A DNA stretch of 64,000 nucleotides from IMG/VR virus record IMGVR_UViG_3300043391_000853, positions 85,818 through 149,817 of that record. One strand, given 5' to 3'. Under the pieces are notes generated by a model that had not been told where the DNA came from, made no database searches, and saw only the letters and a list, made by a program, of their open reading frames with translations. The number at the start of each line of letters is the position of its first letter. The stretch's first letter is position 1. The position numbers were made by a program, and so were the translations under genes. Positions 29,050 to 39,160 of this stretch are shown here, piece by piece. The DNA is from a virus (lineage: Duplodnaviria > Caudoviricetes).

Positions 29050-31440
29050 TTAGGATTGTATTTTATATTTTAATAACGAGTCTAGTTTAATTTCGGCGGG
29101 TGCTGAGTCTGAGTCAGCCTTACTGGACCAATCTTGACCTAGATCGTTTTGTTCTAGGTTAACAGGCTCTTCAGTGGAAATATAGAACTTTTCAAATAAA
29201 TCTGCGCCTGGAAATGGGTAGGTATCGTTTACTTTCTTTTCTTCCCATTCGGTTAGCGAGTATAGCCCAGTCAAGCGGTCATCTTGCTGAGCTAAAGTGG
29301 CAGGGATCGCGTCTTTATCTCCTGTTAAGCCTCCTCCGTACTTACTTGATTTTAGATACTTGAACTTGAGTGCGTCCAACTTTGCTTCCTCTTCAAAAAT
29401 CGTGTACTTCAATATGTCTTTCTTGCTTTCTTTTATCTCCTCTAATCCTTCAGTGAGTGCAGAGACCTCTATTATCCCCTTCAAAGGATCTACAAACGGA
29501 TTATCTGTATCGTAACCGATGGCCAACATCTGATCCTTTTGACCTATGGCTGTTGTTCCTGACCCTGCCAGGATGACTGTGCTGTCTGATAATACTTGTG
29601 TTACTTGCGCGGAGTGTAGGAATAAACTCGTGTTGGCAAGTACCCTTGTAGCTGTAGCGCTGAGTAAATTAATCTCCGTCCCGGACACTATGTCTGTGTT
29701 CGTCAGGGACTGTAGCAGTATTCTTTTTTTGGCATAATTAACAATATCTTTCTGCGCATAGTTGTATATGCCTAGCTTTGATTTTAGAACTATACCTCCT
29801 ACATAGTCGATAGCTTCTTTTTCTGGATCAGGGGACCCTGGCGTATCTGTTGATCCGTTAGCCTCTACCACGAAGCCTCCCTCCTTACTATAGAAGTATT
29901 GACTTTTTTCTGACTTCATACGGAACCCTTCCTCGGTAGAGGATAGATCGATATGCTTTTTGCAGGCCATATTTATATTTCCACCTGCTTTTACAATGTT
30001 GTTTCTTAGGGGTTGCGAGATCAGATCTTTAGCTGGCTGGATGTATACGTTGCCTCCCTCCATTACAATGGCTGAATTCCAGGCGTCCCTGATCGTTATA
30101 CCTCCGTTAGGCATCAGGTATATGCCTGCTGTACGAAGCTTGTATTCTTGCAGGGATAGGGATGTCTCAGCGTCTATTTGACCGAATTCGCTAATCTTGT
30201 TTTCTTTATTGATGTCGTCGTTAACGTAAAAATCTTTTTCGTGACTTTTAAAGTTTTGGTAGCCTAGCTTCTCGTTCACATACGCTACATAATCCCGTAT
30301 CTGTAGAGCATAAGCGAAGGGATTACTTTTGTACTTAAAGTCGTTTTTGAACTCAAAAGGGACCTTAGGTTCGTAAGACAAGGTCTCGGCATCGTCTCCT
30401 TTAGGATCGTCAGGAAATGACTTTCTAAGAGGTACACGGATCCAGTTTGTTTTTTCTAGGAAGACTTCTTTGACGCTTCGTATGTGTAATCCTCCATCTG
30501 TACCTACGTGAAAGTCGAATAGCCCTGTGTCTGGTTTTGATACGTCCCCTTCAGGGTCATTGACCCGCACCTCTGTCGGGTCAGGTCTTACCAAAAGAAT
30601 ACGTAAAAAGTCTCCGACGCTACCTAAAAAAATCTTAAATCGTTCTACGGCTTTTATGCGCTCGTCTTCTGAAAACTTGTAAAAGTCTGCTTTGTCGTCG
30701 GAAGTGTGCGTGTCCTCTTCCTCAAATATAGGTTGGTTTCCCTCGTCCTCTACAGCAGGCCTACCATACGACTCCCCTGGCTTGTGTGTTGCTCCGAACT
30801 CAGCCATCAACCTTTTACCGTCGTGATAAATATTATACTCACCTATCGCGGTGTAGTGTTGAAAATTGTGGCTTATGATCCTGACTAAGTCATCTAACAG
30901 AAAACACTGAACTTGTGCAAGCTCGGAGGCCTTAAGATTAGCTAGCTGTTGGTACAGTCCAAGTAATACACCAAACTCGTTAGCTACAACGTATTCGCCG
31001 TCCACGACATCTCCAGGCCTACGATTTTCGTAAATAGAGTAAGTGTTGTCCGCATGACCTACTCTATTGGCTTCATCATTTAGAGCGTTTTTAGCTCCGA
31101 GCATAGCTCTTCCTGGAAGATCTGAAAAGCCATGAGTCTCTTGAGGGATCACTCCCAAGATATATGTATGCGACGACGACTCGGATACACATACCACTCT
31201 GGTGCCTGGTTGTGGTAAAGAGCAGTCTTTAAACCCTAGAAAATTGGATAAGACTGATGTGACTACAACCCCTTGAGTCATGTAGCCTAAGCCTCCTTCC
31301 GTACCCATCCCGTAGCCTTCTCTGGCTACTGTCACTGTTCGTGAGCCTGCATTAGAGGTCACTACGACTCCTACAAATATTTTAGACGTTTGTGCCTGCC
31401 TGTGTTCTTTGTCTGCCTTTGTTTCTTTATGAATTGCCAT
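29050..31440 (-). CDS. Baseplate central spike (gp5/gpV/VgrG-like)
   Basis: OB-fold-like GVVVT...LPQPGTRVVCV...YILGVIP followed by beta-helix-like repeats (GGITIRD, GGNVYIQ, GGNINM). Confidence 0.7.
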   Translation of the reverse strand: MAIHKETKADKEHRQAQTSKIFVGVVVTSNAGSRTVTVAREGYGMGTEGGLGYMTQGVVVTSVLSNFLGFKDCSLPQPGTRVVCVSESSSHTYILGVIPQETHGFSDLPGRAMLGAKNALNDEANRVGHADNTYSIYENRRPGDVVDGEYVVANEFGVLLGLYQQLANLKASELAQVQCFLLDDLVRIISHNFQHYTAIGEYNIYHDGKRLMAEFGATHKPGESYGRPAVEDEGNQPIFEEEDTHTSDDKADFYKFSEDERIKAVERFKIFLGSVGDFLRILLVRPDPTEVRVNDPEGDVSKPDTGLFDFHVGTDGGLHIRSVKEVFLEKTNWIRVPLRKSFPDDPKGDDAETLSYEPKVPFEFKNDFKYKSNPFAYALQIRDYVAYVNEKLGYQNFKSHEKDFYVNDDINKENKISEFGQIDAETSLSLQEYKLRTAGIYLMPNGGITIRDAWNSAIVMEGGNVYIQPAKDLISQPLRNNIVKAGGNINMACKKHIDLSSTEEGFRMKSEKSQYFYSKEGGFVVEANGSTDTPGSPDPEKEAIDYVGGIVLKSKLGIYNYAQKDIVNYAKKRILLQSLTNTDIVSGTEINLLSATATRVLANTSLFLHSAQVTQVLSDSTVILAGSGTTAIGQKDQMLAIGYDTDNPFVDPLKGIIEVSALTEGLEEIKESKKDILKYTIFEEEAKLDALKFKYLKSSKYGGGLTGDKDAIPATLAQQDDRLTGLYSLTEWEEKKVNDTYPFPGADLFEKFYISTEEPVNLEQNDLGQDWSSKADSDSAPAEIKLDSLLKYKIQS

Positions 31441-31453
31441 ACGTGTAGATAAT

Positions 31454-31488
31454 AAAAGACCTCAGCCTTAATATATAAGACTGAGGTC
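31454..31488 (-). terminator. Intrinsic terminator after the tail tube gene
   Basis: Minus strand GACCTCAGTCTTA-TATAT-TAAGGCTGAGGTC followed by TTTT. Confidence 0.8.
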
Positions 31489-31512
31489 CTTTAGCAAGTT
31501 AATTAGATTAAC

Positions 31513-31929
31513 TTACGCGGTCAACTGCATGAAGTCGATTACCACATTGTCCATAACGGTAAGACTTTCTGCTTCCGCTGACACAGAGAACTGACTGACA
31601 ACTGCGCCTGTAGCAGTGAACTTTCCGCCGCCGCCTTTACAACCACCTAATTCAAAGGTGACGGTTGCAGGACTACATGCAGACCATCCATCGCCACCAT
31701 AAGATCCTCCTTCAAGGATCATGCGTTGAATGGTTGCTTGGCCCTGAGGCTGGGATCCCCATAAGAGAGCTTCTTTGTTACCTATAGTACGTCTACGGTT
31801 GATCTGTTGCTGGTAAGAGATCTGTACCTGGAGAGCAGTTGCGATGGGACCATTAAAGCTAATGATACACCTATCTGCTGTTACTGGTGCCTTGGGGTTT
31901 ACATCTGTGAATCCGAATAAATCTGCCAT
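31513..31929 (-). CDS. Tail tube protein
   Basis: 138 aa, LQVQISYQQQINRRRTIG...GQATIQR...VSQFSVS; own promoter, RBS and terminator; near the sheath gene. Confidence 0.8.
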   Translation of the reverse strand: MADLFGFTDVNPKAPVTADRCIISFNGPIATALQVQISYQQQINRRRTIGNKEALLWGSQPQGQATIQRMILEGGSYGGDGWSACSPATVTFELGGCKGGGGKFTATGAVVSQFSVSAEAESLTVMDNVVIDFMQLTA

Positions 31930-31961
31930 ATGTTTTTATCCTGTTAGTTGTTTCTGATTTA

Positions 31962-31990
31962 ATTATATCTAAACTGAGCCAGAGTTACAA
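31962..31990 (-). promoter_or_regulatory. Sigma70-like promoter of the tail tube gene
   Basis: TTGTAA-N17-TATAAT; AGGA RBS downstream. Confidence 0.7.
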
Positions 31991-32003
31991 TAAGATCTTT
32001 AAA

Positions 32004-32207
32004 TTATTCTGCTAAACCTAACATCTTTACCATATCTTCAAAATTAGCATCTTCTCCTTTGGTGTATCTCACCCAGCCTTTACCATCACCAACAATCCTA
32101 TAGATTACATTGGGTCTGCCTTCGTCTGAGCTTATTAAGATACCTGTAGCTCTATCTGTATCCAATAATACCGGTTCTCTAAAATCTCCTGTAACTAGAA
32201 CTTTCAT
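32004..32207 (-). CDS. Small hypothetical protein
   Basis: 67-aa ORF with TAATG coupling to the upstream gene. Confidence 0.6.
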   Translation of the reverse strand: MKVLVTGDFREPVLLDTDRATGILISSDEGRPNVIYRIVGDGKGWVRYTKGEDANFEDMVKMLGLAE

Positions 32208-32443
32208 TATACTGCGATTTGTTTACTACCTGCAGTCATCTGCTGATCAATCAAATCTTGTTTAAGCAGCTCCGCCAGTACAGAAATGTCTTCATGGGAC
32301 TCATTCTGATCTTCTGGAAGCTCTTTAAACATAGTTTGAGCGGCAGGATGCTCCATTGCGCGCTTAAATACGTGGGCTGCTGCTTCTGGAGCCAGCCCAC
32401 ACTCTTCAGCGTATTTAATAAACCCTGCTTCGAGCGAAGTCAT
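32207..32443 (-). CDS. Small protein with the shared GFxKxAxExG module
   Basis: LEAGFIKYAEECGL...VFKRAM. Confidence 0.65.
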   Translation of the reverse strand: MTSLEAGFIKYAEECGLAPEAAAHVFKRAMEHPAAQTMFKELPEDQNESHEDISVLAELLKQDLIDQQMTAGSKQIAV

Positions 32444-32451
32444 ACTGCTAA

Positions 32452-35400
32452 CTATGCCACGAACAACGTCAGGTTGATGTAGTTGAGTGGGTAAGGTACG
32501 TTGAGGTTGACATCTACAATGATTCTATCTTTGTAGAAAGGATCAGATTCGATTCTGAGGATGTCGTCCTTAGGGGTAAAGCTAAGTAACTGGTTACCTG
32601 CTCTAGCTGTGTACGTATTGGTAGCCTTATCTCTCAGTACCCCAACAACAGTCTTATAGACTTCGTGGATAGTTCCTGGGTTGATGTTGTAACGACCAAT
32701 GTACGGGGCGAGTGCCGCTTTCAGTGTGTAGCTGATATTGTCGACGTTTGTAGTGATCGAATCTTCTCGAGTATTTAGACTGCGTTCATCTGTTGTTATC
32801 TGATGACGTACATACGCAGTAGCACCGATCACTTCCTGTGTAATGAGCCATATACCTTGTTCAGCCATCACGTTCAGGTCGTCTTGATTGAATTCAATTA
32901 CAACCTTACTCAAGTCGTCGACACCTAGGAATTCTGAGTTGGTCAATCCTTGATGCGGCACTACACCGGAACGTAACCCTGCTAATCCTGCAGCAGCGAA
33001 GTAACCTTGCTTGGTGACGCCACCGTACTTGTAGGTGTCAGGAAACACTACACGTACGCGACGGTTGTTGTAATCACCTCCGATATGTGCAATGTTGTTC
33101 GCTCTTTCTGACTTCGTATAGTTTCTGACCACTTCAACCTTGACCGGTACAGCGATCTGGGCTGTTAAGGTCTTGGTAATAGTCAGGGTTGTATTGGAGC
33201 GTACATGGTCTACAAAATACTCATCAGCGATAATGTCCCCCTTTGGGTCGAGTCTGAAGTTTAACTTAATGCTATCACCAGGTCTTACTCCGTCCTCTAC
33301 AAACTTGGCTCCTTCAATGGTGACCAACTTGAATTGTGTGTTTGATACCTGAGGGTCGTCTGTAATGGTGGCCTTGTAATTTTCACCATTTTCCTTTAGA
33401 GAGTACATTGTGCGTGTCTTCACGTCCTGTACAGACAACCAGGCGATTCTCCAGCGACCTACTTCCTTGGTGCTGTAGGCGTTCACATGTCCTACGACAG
33501 CGTCTTGAATGGTTCTATCAAAAGTAAGAGGTACGAAGCTATAAACTTTATCGCTCTTCTCTGCAATTTTGATTGCCTGGGTATAACCTACCAGGTCGTT
33601 CGTCTGCACACCCAAGAAGTATACAATTTGATTCGCTGAATTGAGTACTGCGTCGTACACACCTTGAGCCAAAGGGTTATCAGGGTGGATTACACCGAGC
33701 TTAGTTGTAACGTCAGCCAAACTTCTGAGAGAGTCGATGGCTACTACGTTGTCCTGTAGTAGGTCACGATGTTCTACGAAAAGCTTGCCTGACTTAACAG
33801 GCAGGGTGACACTGTTTCCTTCTACCACAAGGGCCTGATCATTGATGGCGATTCCTGCCAAAATACCGATGTAGGAATCTTCCTGTACCCAGTTATATTT
33901 ATTGCTCTCGGAATAAAGATCTCTGAGCTGCGGAATCTCTACGGAAGGCTTCGTTAACAGCAACTTCGCGGTCTTGCCTGTAGAGGCCACCGTCAACATT
34001 AACGGAGGAAGGTTTTCGGAGAGTTCGACGGTGTGATATGCTCCTAATTTGGCTGCTGTTACAGGAATGTAATAAACGTCGCCGACGATCAATCCATCAT
34101 TATTGGAGCCTGTTGCGAAGGAAGCTCTCACTCCAAACTTACCTACATTGAATGATGTTGCAGAATAGGGCAACACGTCTGAAGGTGTATCGATGTCTGA
34201 AGCAGATACACGGAGCCTTGCGCAAGTGTCTGCGTTGTTTCCGTTGTAAAACTTACCTCCGCGCTCGACTACGATCTTATAGACCATATCCGATGGACCT
34301 GTGTATGTGCCGCTTGTTGTCGGTTCAACTTGAGCCGTAGGAGCAGTAACAGTTAGGGTCCATTGAGTACCTCTCACAAACGCAGTAACGTCTGAAAAGT
34401 CGAGGACGACTTCATTATCTCCTGTGGAGTCAACGTCTAGCAAATAATCGCCGCCTACTTCATCTAGAATGAGATCTGTTTGAGGGGCGAACGAACCGCT
34501 TTGAGACTCAACAGAGAAGGTTACGGATGCTTTACTGCTGGTGTTGTCGCTTGTGACTGTGATGGTGTAAACATCCGAAAAGACTCCTGTTGCAGCGTTT
34601 CCTTTGTACGCGGTACTAGGATTGGTGGGACTTCCTCCTGCGGTGCTTCCGGTGCCTCCTACATGTACGACAGCGTTGTTGTAATCTTCTGTTGCGAAGC
34701 CTACGTTACCTAGGTCGTTGTATACTCCACCGATGCGGAAGGTATATGTACCTGAGGACTTCACAGGAACAATGGTGTCGACCAGCAGCGTATGGCTGTC
34801 TACAAACCCTATGATTTTGCGTACACCCAGACCAGTGATCTGCAGGTATTTGCCTACAACCTCGTCCTTAACGAAGGTGGCCGAAGCCGAAGTGAATCTA
34901 TTCACCGTAGCGTGACCGACTCCGTCTGCTTTAAAAAAGTCTCCCGTCGACAGCTCGACCTCTGCACCTATAGTGGATGCAAGATCAGAGTTCTCGCGGT
35001 ACGTATCTGCAACAAGAGCAGTCACTCGTGCTCTGAAGGTCATATCAAGGTCGTCAACAACCTCGATGATATCTCCTACAGCAACATCACGCTTGGATAA
35101 AAACGCTGTAGAGCGCTCGAAGCCGTTACCTGTCTTGAGTAGAACCTCAGGAAATCTCAAGCGATTTTGAATTGTGTTACCGGATTCCCCTACAACAGTC
35201 TCTACACCGGCATCCTCATTGGTTGCATCGCCAAGAGCGACAAGAGGGAAATACTGCGCTTCGACAGACTCCATGTATACCTTGGTATAGGATTGGTCAA
35301 CATCGCCGCCTGTAGCTACATGAGGGAAGTCATAGCGTACACCTGTGTACTGGCTACTATTCAGAGTAATACTGGCCCCTGTAGGAGAGTAGTTATTGGC

Positions 35401-35577
35401 AGCATCTAAAGCTATACCATCGAGCGTACCCACCATAGTCAGAGCTTTTTCACTAGGCTCGGAATAGCGCCTGAGCGAAAACTGAGGGCCTATGATGAAG
35501 GCTGGTAACGGGAACTCGGCGTAAACCGGTACCTGAAGGAACTCTTGCTGAATTAATACTCTGGGTGTGATGTACAT
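32452..35577 (-). CDS. Tail sheath protein with large inserted domains
   Basis: MYITPRVLIQQ...PAFIIGP start; C-terminal AAAGLAGLRSG...GLTN, VRHQIT, EDSITTNVDNI, YIGRYNI, VPYPLNYINLTL. Confidence 0.9.
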   Translation of the reverse strand: MYITPRVLIQQEFLQVPVYAEFPLPAFIIGPQFSLRRYSEPSEKALTMVGTLDGIALDAANNYSPTGASITLNSSQYTGVRYDFPHVATGGDVDQSYTKVYMESVEAQYFPLVALGDATNEDAGVETVVGESGNTIQNRLRFPEVLLKTGNGFERSTAFLSKRDVAVGDIIEVVDDLDMTFRARVTALVADTYRENSDLASTIGAEVELSTGDFFKADGVGHATVNRFTSASATFVKDEVVGKYLQITGLGVRKIIGFVDSHTLLVDTIVPVKSSGTYTFRIGGVYNDLGNVGFATEDYNNAVVHVGGTGSTAGGSPTNPSTAYKGNAATGVFSDVYTITVTSDNTSSKASVTFSVESQSGSFAPQTDLILDEVGGDYLLDVDSTGDNEVVLDFSDVTAFVRGTQWTLTVTAPTAQVEPTTSGTYTGPSDMVYKIVVERGGKFYNGNNADTCARLRVSASDIDTPSDVLPYSATSFNVGKFGVRASFATGSNNDGLIVGDVYYIPVTAAKLGAYHTVELSENLPPLMLTVASTGKTAKLLLTKPSVEIPQLRDLYSESNKYNWVQEDSYIGILAGIAINDQALVVEGNSVTLPVKSGKLFVEHRDLLQDNVVAIDSLRSLADVTTKLGVIHPDNPLAQGVYDAVLNSANQIVYFLGVQTNDLVGYTQAIKIAEKSDKVYSFVPLTFDRTIQDAVVGHVNAYSTKEVGRWRIAWLSVQDVKTRTMYSLKENGENYKATITDDPQVSNTQFKLVTIEGAKFVEDGVRPGDSIKLNFRLDPKGDIIADEYFVDHVRSNTTLTITKTLTAQIAVPVKVEVVRNYTKSERANNIAHIGGDYNNRRVRVVFPDTYKYGGVTKQGYFAAAGLAGLRSGVVPHQGLTNSEFLGVDDLSKVVIEFNQDDLNVMAEQGIWLITQEVIGATAYVRHQITTDERSLNTREDSITTNVDNISYTLKAALAPYIGRYNINPGTIHEVYKTVVGVLRDKATNTYTARAGNQLLSFTPKDDILRIESDPFYKDRIIVDVNLNVPYPLNYINLTLFVA

Positions 35578-35619
35578 AGTCTTGTTTTCTCCTGTGTATA
35601 CTCTATCTAGTCTTGTTTA

Positions 35620-35648
35620 ATTTTAAATTAAATTTAAGCTGTCTGCAA
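35620..35648 (-). promoter_or_regulatory. Sigma70-like promoter of the sheath gene
   Basis: TTGCAG-N17-TAAAAT; AGGAG RBS downstream. Confidence 0.65.
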
Positions 35649-35668
35649 CATTTTTTAACCTTTTTTTG

Positions 35669-36364
35669 TTAGTTTATAAAAGCGGACTCTAGGCAGCCTG
35701 TAAATACTGAGTATGTTACTGTCTTAAGTTTGAGGTCGTCTCCCTTAACTACAGTACCCATATCAAAAGCAGCTTCAAGCAGAACATTAACTACAAAGTG
35801 ATCTTTACTCTCCAAGTATAGTGTAGGTTGTCCTAGGTTTACCAGCTTAAATTGACGAAAGCAAAAGTCGTTTCTGATATTTTCCTGATGATACAGAAAT
35901 ATCTTGAAGATATACTCTGCAAGTTGCTCGGCAAAGCCTACATTTGTACCTACTACAGCAATGTTTAGAGGTAAGCGTATAATGCTGTTTTTTGTCTTTT
36001 CTGATTCTTTGACATTGATACCTACCATTTGATTGAGTGTAGGAAAACCGAAAGCTGCCTCTCCTCTGGAGACATATATGCCTGGCCTTTTTTGAATTAC
36101 ATCATCCTTGTAGTGATATGCGATCTGTAACGAGATTCCTGTAACCAGCTCATCGGGGTCATACACTTGTGTGAACCTGTACCCTAGGGACTGAGGGGTA
36201 TTTGCTATCATGTAGTTCTTTATTACCTCATAACAGATGTTCTGCACCGTCCAGGGAGTAAGAACAAGCACTCTCTCATCTCTCTCCTCAATAGCTCTAT
36301 TTTCTGCAGATACGAAGGCAGTATCAGGATAGTTGCAATATAGATCTCTAGGGTCTTGTGTCAT
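35669..36364 (-). CDS. Tail terminator/completion protein
   Basis: KRPGIYVSRG and AEQLAEYIF motifs; directly upstream of the sheath gene. Confidence 0.55.
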   Translation of the reverse strand: MTQDPRDLYCNYPDTAFVSAENRAIEERDERVLVLTPWTVQNICYEVIKNYMIANTPQSLGYRFTQVYDPDELVTGISLQIAYHYKDDVIQKRPGIYVSRGEAAFGFPTLNQMVGINVKESEKTKNSIIRLPLNIAVVGTNVGFAEQLAEYIFKIFLYHQENIRNDFCFRQFKLVNLGQPTLYLESKDHFVVNVLLEAAFDMGTVVKGDDLKLKTVTYSVFTGCLESAFIN

Positions 36365-36373
36365 AGTGTGAAA

Positions 36374-37198
36374 TTATAACAGGGCAGGTATAGGTATAGA
36401 ATACGCTGTATCTGTAGGAGGAATCAGATTCAAGTTAGCCTTCTGTATAAGGGTAATGTTGGTGCCTGGAAATTGCTTGGCGTTTCTAGACTGTATACTA
36501 TAGCGGTAGCCGTCCTTTGCTTCGCATACAATATCTCTGACCTCTATTATAGGGTAGCCTGGCATACGTACGATTTGGGTGTAGTTCTCTTTTACCCCTA
36601 TACCCTGCTGATCCAGCTGTTTGTCCTGCTGCCCTTGTTCGGTGTAAAAAACACAAGGTACAGGCGCATAGTAACCTCCGTCCACCCCTACACCGTAATC
36701 TTCATGTTTAATGTCAGCTATAGGTACACCTGATACAGGGTCTATGTTCTGGTTAGTTATAACATTACTTTGCTTACCTATACTCTTTCTCCTGAGTAGC
36801 CATGCTTCTGTTCCTGCATACCTAGCTAGAAGTATTTCCTTTCTTAGGACTTCTGCAGCCATTGCGTATTTGCGTTGATCGTGTCTTGACGATCCGAAGA
36901 TCACTGGAGTTGAGTAATACTTCCTGTTGTCTGATGTTTGTAGGCCTATACGATAGGAATAGTTGGCTGCCCATGATTGCTTTATCTTGGTGTCGTCGAC
37001 CACAAAAAATACGTCACCAAGATCATTCTTGGCTGCAAGCAATTCAGAAAAATCTGAAGTTGCGGAGATCTCTAATGAGAAATTGTAAGGCCTAACGCCA
37101 TTGAAAAATGGATCTAGCTTCCATTGTATAAAATGCCCTGCGTCCCAATTGGGAATAACGTCCACACGTTTAAAGGCTTTTTTTGTACTATTAAGCAT
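36374..37198 (-). CDS. Neck/head-closure protein
   Basis: GTEAWLLRRK...GGYYAP...PIIEVRDIVCE...RY pattern; between head and tail genes. Confidence 0.55.
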   Translation of the reverse strand: MLNSTKKAFKRVDVIPNWDAGHFIQWKLDPFFNGVRPYNFSLEISATSDFSELLAAKNDLGDVFFVVDDTKIKQSWAANYSYRIGLQTSDNRKYYSTPVIFGSSRHDQRKYAMAAEVLRKEILLARYAGTEAWLLRRKSIGKQSNVITNQNIDPVSGVPIADIKHEDYGVGVDGGYYAPVPCVFYTEQGQQDKQLDQQGIGVKENYTQIVRMPGYPIIEVRDIVCEAKDGYRYSIQSRNAKQFPGTNITLIQKANLNLIPPTDTAYSIPIPALL

Positions 37199-37392
37199 TA
37201 ATGTTTATGTGGTTTAGATGGGTCTTCATCTTTCTTGTGTCCTCCGTGCAGAAGACTGTTAATCATCTTTTTAGTTTTATGCAGCGCCAGCTTGATTTTA
37301 ACTCTAGCTATAAAGAATGGTCTATGCCTACATAACTCTAACTCCGCCATGACCCTTTTAGACGCTCCTATTAAGTCTTCTGGTGAGGGCAT
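37198..37392 (-). CDS. Small basic hypothetical protein
   Basis: 64-aa ORF filling the gap, coupled to the next gene. Confidence 0.5.
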   Translation of the reverse strand: MPSPEDLIGASKRVMAELELCRHRPFFIARVKIKLALHKTKKMINSLLHGGHKKDEDPSKPHKH

Positions 37393-37395
37393 AAA

Positions 37396-37842
37396 TTAAT
37401 AGCGCCTCCTGTAAATGTATTCGGAATATTTGGTTCCATAGACTTGGGCAATGTTCTGATTCATTTTAATTTGTTGCCCTAGCTCTTTGAAGTCCTGTTG
37501 CATGGCTTGTGCTAGAGACATGAATATTTGAGCTTTGTCCTTATCGTTGACCTGTACACCGTCAGCTGAATAACTTAATTGATTGGCTGCCTCATTAATT
37601 GCCCCTGATCTTAAAAGGTAGGACGCTGCCCCTAGTAGCAACAATGATCTGAACGGGAATTCTTCCACAGAGTACATGACACCTGTAGGGGGATTCATGA
37701 GGTTATAGTAATCCACCGTATTGATCATGGCTTGCTCGATCATCTCCGTGGTGAATCTAATCCCTAAAAGTAATGGATTAAGCTCCTTCCTATCTTGAAG
37801 GAACAGCCTAATTTCTTCGCTGGTAAGAATTGGTGTAGCCAT
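37396..37842 (-). CDS. Head-tail adaptor/neck protein
   Basis: EEIRLFLQD...LLLLGAASYLL...QLSYSADGVQV helical adaptor pattern downstream of the capsid gene. Confidence 0.6.
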   Translation of the reverse strand: MATPILTSEEIRLFLQDRKELNPLLLGIRFTTEMIEQAMINTVDYYNLMNPPTGVMYSVEEFPFRSLLLLGAASYLLRSGAINEAANQLSYSADGVQVNDKDKAQIFMSLAQAMQQDFKELGQQIKMNQNIAQVYGTKYSEYIYRRRY

Positions 37843-37847
37843 CTTAA

Positions 37848-38075
37848 TTAGAACTTTATCTGCTGTAGTGGTTTGCTTGTGTTTGTGACTGGCTTAGCTC
37901 CTGTGGAAGCTCCTGGGGTGTTCTGGGAAACTGCAGGATTATTCAATACACCTGTCTGCGATACGCGGGCTTCGTTTTGTCCGGTTCCCGGTTGTTGGTC
38001 CACAGGTGCAGAGTTGTACATTGCAGATTTTTGTATATAGCGCTGAAACATGTGCAGGATATTTTCGTTACTCAT
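37848..38075 (-). CDS. Small low-complexity protein with KxA site
   Basis: YIQKSAM followed by a Q/P/T-rich tail; has its own promoter. Confidence 0.55.
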   Translation of the reverse strand: MSNENILHMFQRYIQKSAMYNSAPVDQQPGTGQNEARVSQTGVLNNPAVSQNTPGASTGAKPVTNTSKPLQQIKF

Positions 38076-38082
38076 ACTTTAT

Positions 38083-38111
38083 ATTATAAAGCGAAGCGGT
38101 CGACTTATCAA
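38083..38111 (-). promoter_or_regulatory. Sigma70-like promoter, probably leaderless
   Basis: TTGATA-N17-TATAAT; ATG 7 nt after the -10. Confidence 0.7.
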
Positions 38112-38128
38112 GGTCGTTATATACAAAC

Positions 38129-38155
38129 AAAAAGGGGACCCGAAGGTCCCCTTTT
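38129..38155 (-). terminator. Intrinsic terminator after the major capsid gene
   Basis: Minus strand AAAAGGGGACC-TTCG-GGTCCCCTTTTT, with a C(UUCG)G tetraloop. Confidence 0.9.
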
Positions 38156-38177
38156 ATTATCTGCTTTCTGCTTTGGG

Positions 38178-39137
38178 TTAGCCGTTGAAGTCGACCCTCA
38201 CAACACCCTTCACGTTGCCGATGGCAAGCGAGAGGTTCATGTACTGGAAGTACTCGAGGAAGTAGGCTTCGTTCTTCATGAACACTGTGAGCGGCTGCAG
38301 TCTGTAGTACTTGCCGAAGAATTCTTCGGAAGAGAACAGGTAGATGACGCCGTCAGGTACGAGATCACGCTTGATGGTGTAGACAGGCTTCACACCCAAG
38401 AGAGTCTTGGAAGGAAGACCATTGACCCACATTTCCTGAGCGAGATCGCCGCCAACTTCACTACGGCTCATCTTGACGAAGTCGTCAGCCGTAACGTTGT
38501 TCATGAGCATCACACCCTTGGTTTCGCCGCCATCTGGCTGCGCAGGACCGAAGGGTACTCTGAGCCGCTTGATGACCTTGAATGCTTCAGCGACGTTCTC
38601 GCGAGTGATACCACCAGAGATGGTAACATTCTGAGGAAGACCGAGACCGTTCAGGGTGTTGGCTGTGTTGACAGTACCGATAATGCTGTCCACCTTGTTG
38701 ATGAAACGCGTATCGATTTCAGTGGCGATGTCCTTGGTGGAGAGCTCCAACATGATCGCACGGATGTCGTAATCGTAGCTTCTGAGCTGGTCGATATCCT
38801 TGTTGTACTTCGGACTCGTAATACGGGTGAAGTAGGAAGGATAACGAGTTCCATTGAACTGGAACATGTCAGGCACAACGCCGAGAGGGATAGTTACAGC
38901 AGGAGCTGTATCAGGCTCACGATCATTCCACTTAACAAGAAGCTCAGGATTCTCAGCCTTGTCGAGGTCATCATTGCTGATGTCGATAGGGGTGATAATC
39001 TTCTCAGTGAAGCTTTCTTCACGGAGTTTATTCCGAGTAAAAGACTGCGCGGACACCGCGGCCTTCTTTTCTTCGCCAGCCTTAACCATTTCAACGAATG
39101 TGTCGTTGAATACTCTCTGATTTGCAATTTTTTCCAT
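38178..39137 (-). CDS. Major capsid protein (HK97 fold)
   Basis: 319 aa; KLREESF, RITSPKYNKDIDQLRSYDYDI...KDIATEIDTRF, LLGVKPV, LSLAIGNVKGVVRVDF; AGGAGG RBS, strong codon bias, strong terminator. Confidence 0.85.
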   Translation of the reverse strand: MEKIANQRVFNDTFVEMVKAGEEKKAAVSAQSFTRNKLREESFTEKIITPIDISNDDLDKAENPELLVKWNDREPDTAPAVTIPLGVVPDMFQFNGTRYPSYFTRITSPKYNKDIDQLRSYDYDIRAIMLELSTKDIATEIDTRFINKVDSIIGTVNTANTLNGLGLPQNVTISGGITRENVAEAFKVIKRLRVPFGPAQPDGGETKGVMLMNNVTADDFVKMSRSEVGGDLAQEMWVNGLPSKTLLGVKPVYTIKRDLVPDGVIYLFSSEEFFGKYYRLQPLTVFMKNEAYFLEYFQYMNLSLAIGNVKGVVRVDFNG

Positions 39138-39160
39138 AATGTTATATTCCTCCTAGTTAA

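Noticed and set aside
31470-31497. Promoter overlapping the tube terminator
   Set aside because: TTGCTA to TATATT spacing is 16, unlike the 17 of the other sites, and it lies inside the hairpin.
13000-36364. Stand-alone contractile injection system or tailocin
   Set aside because: Contiguous with neck, capsid, scaffold and prohead protease genes.
38178-39137. Encapsulin nanocompartment
   Set aside because: Size is similar, but the protease, scaffold, neck and tail context indicates a phage capsid.
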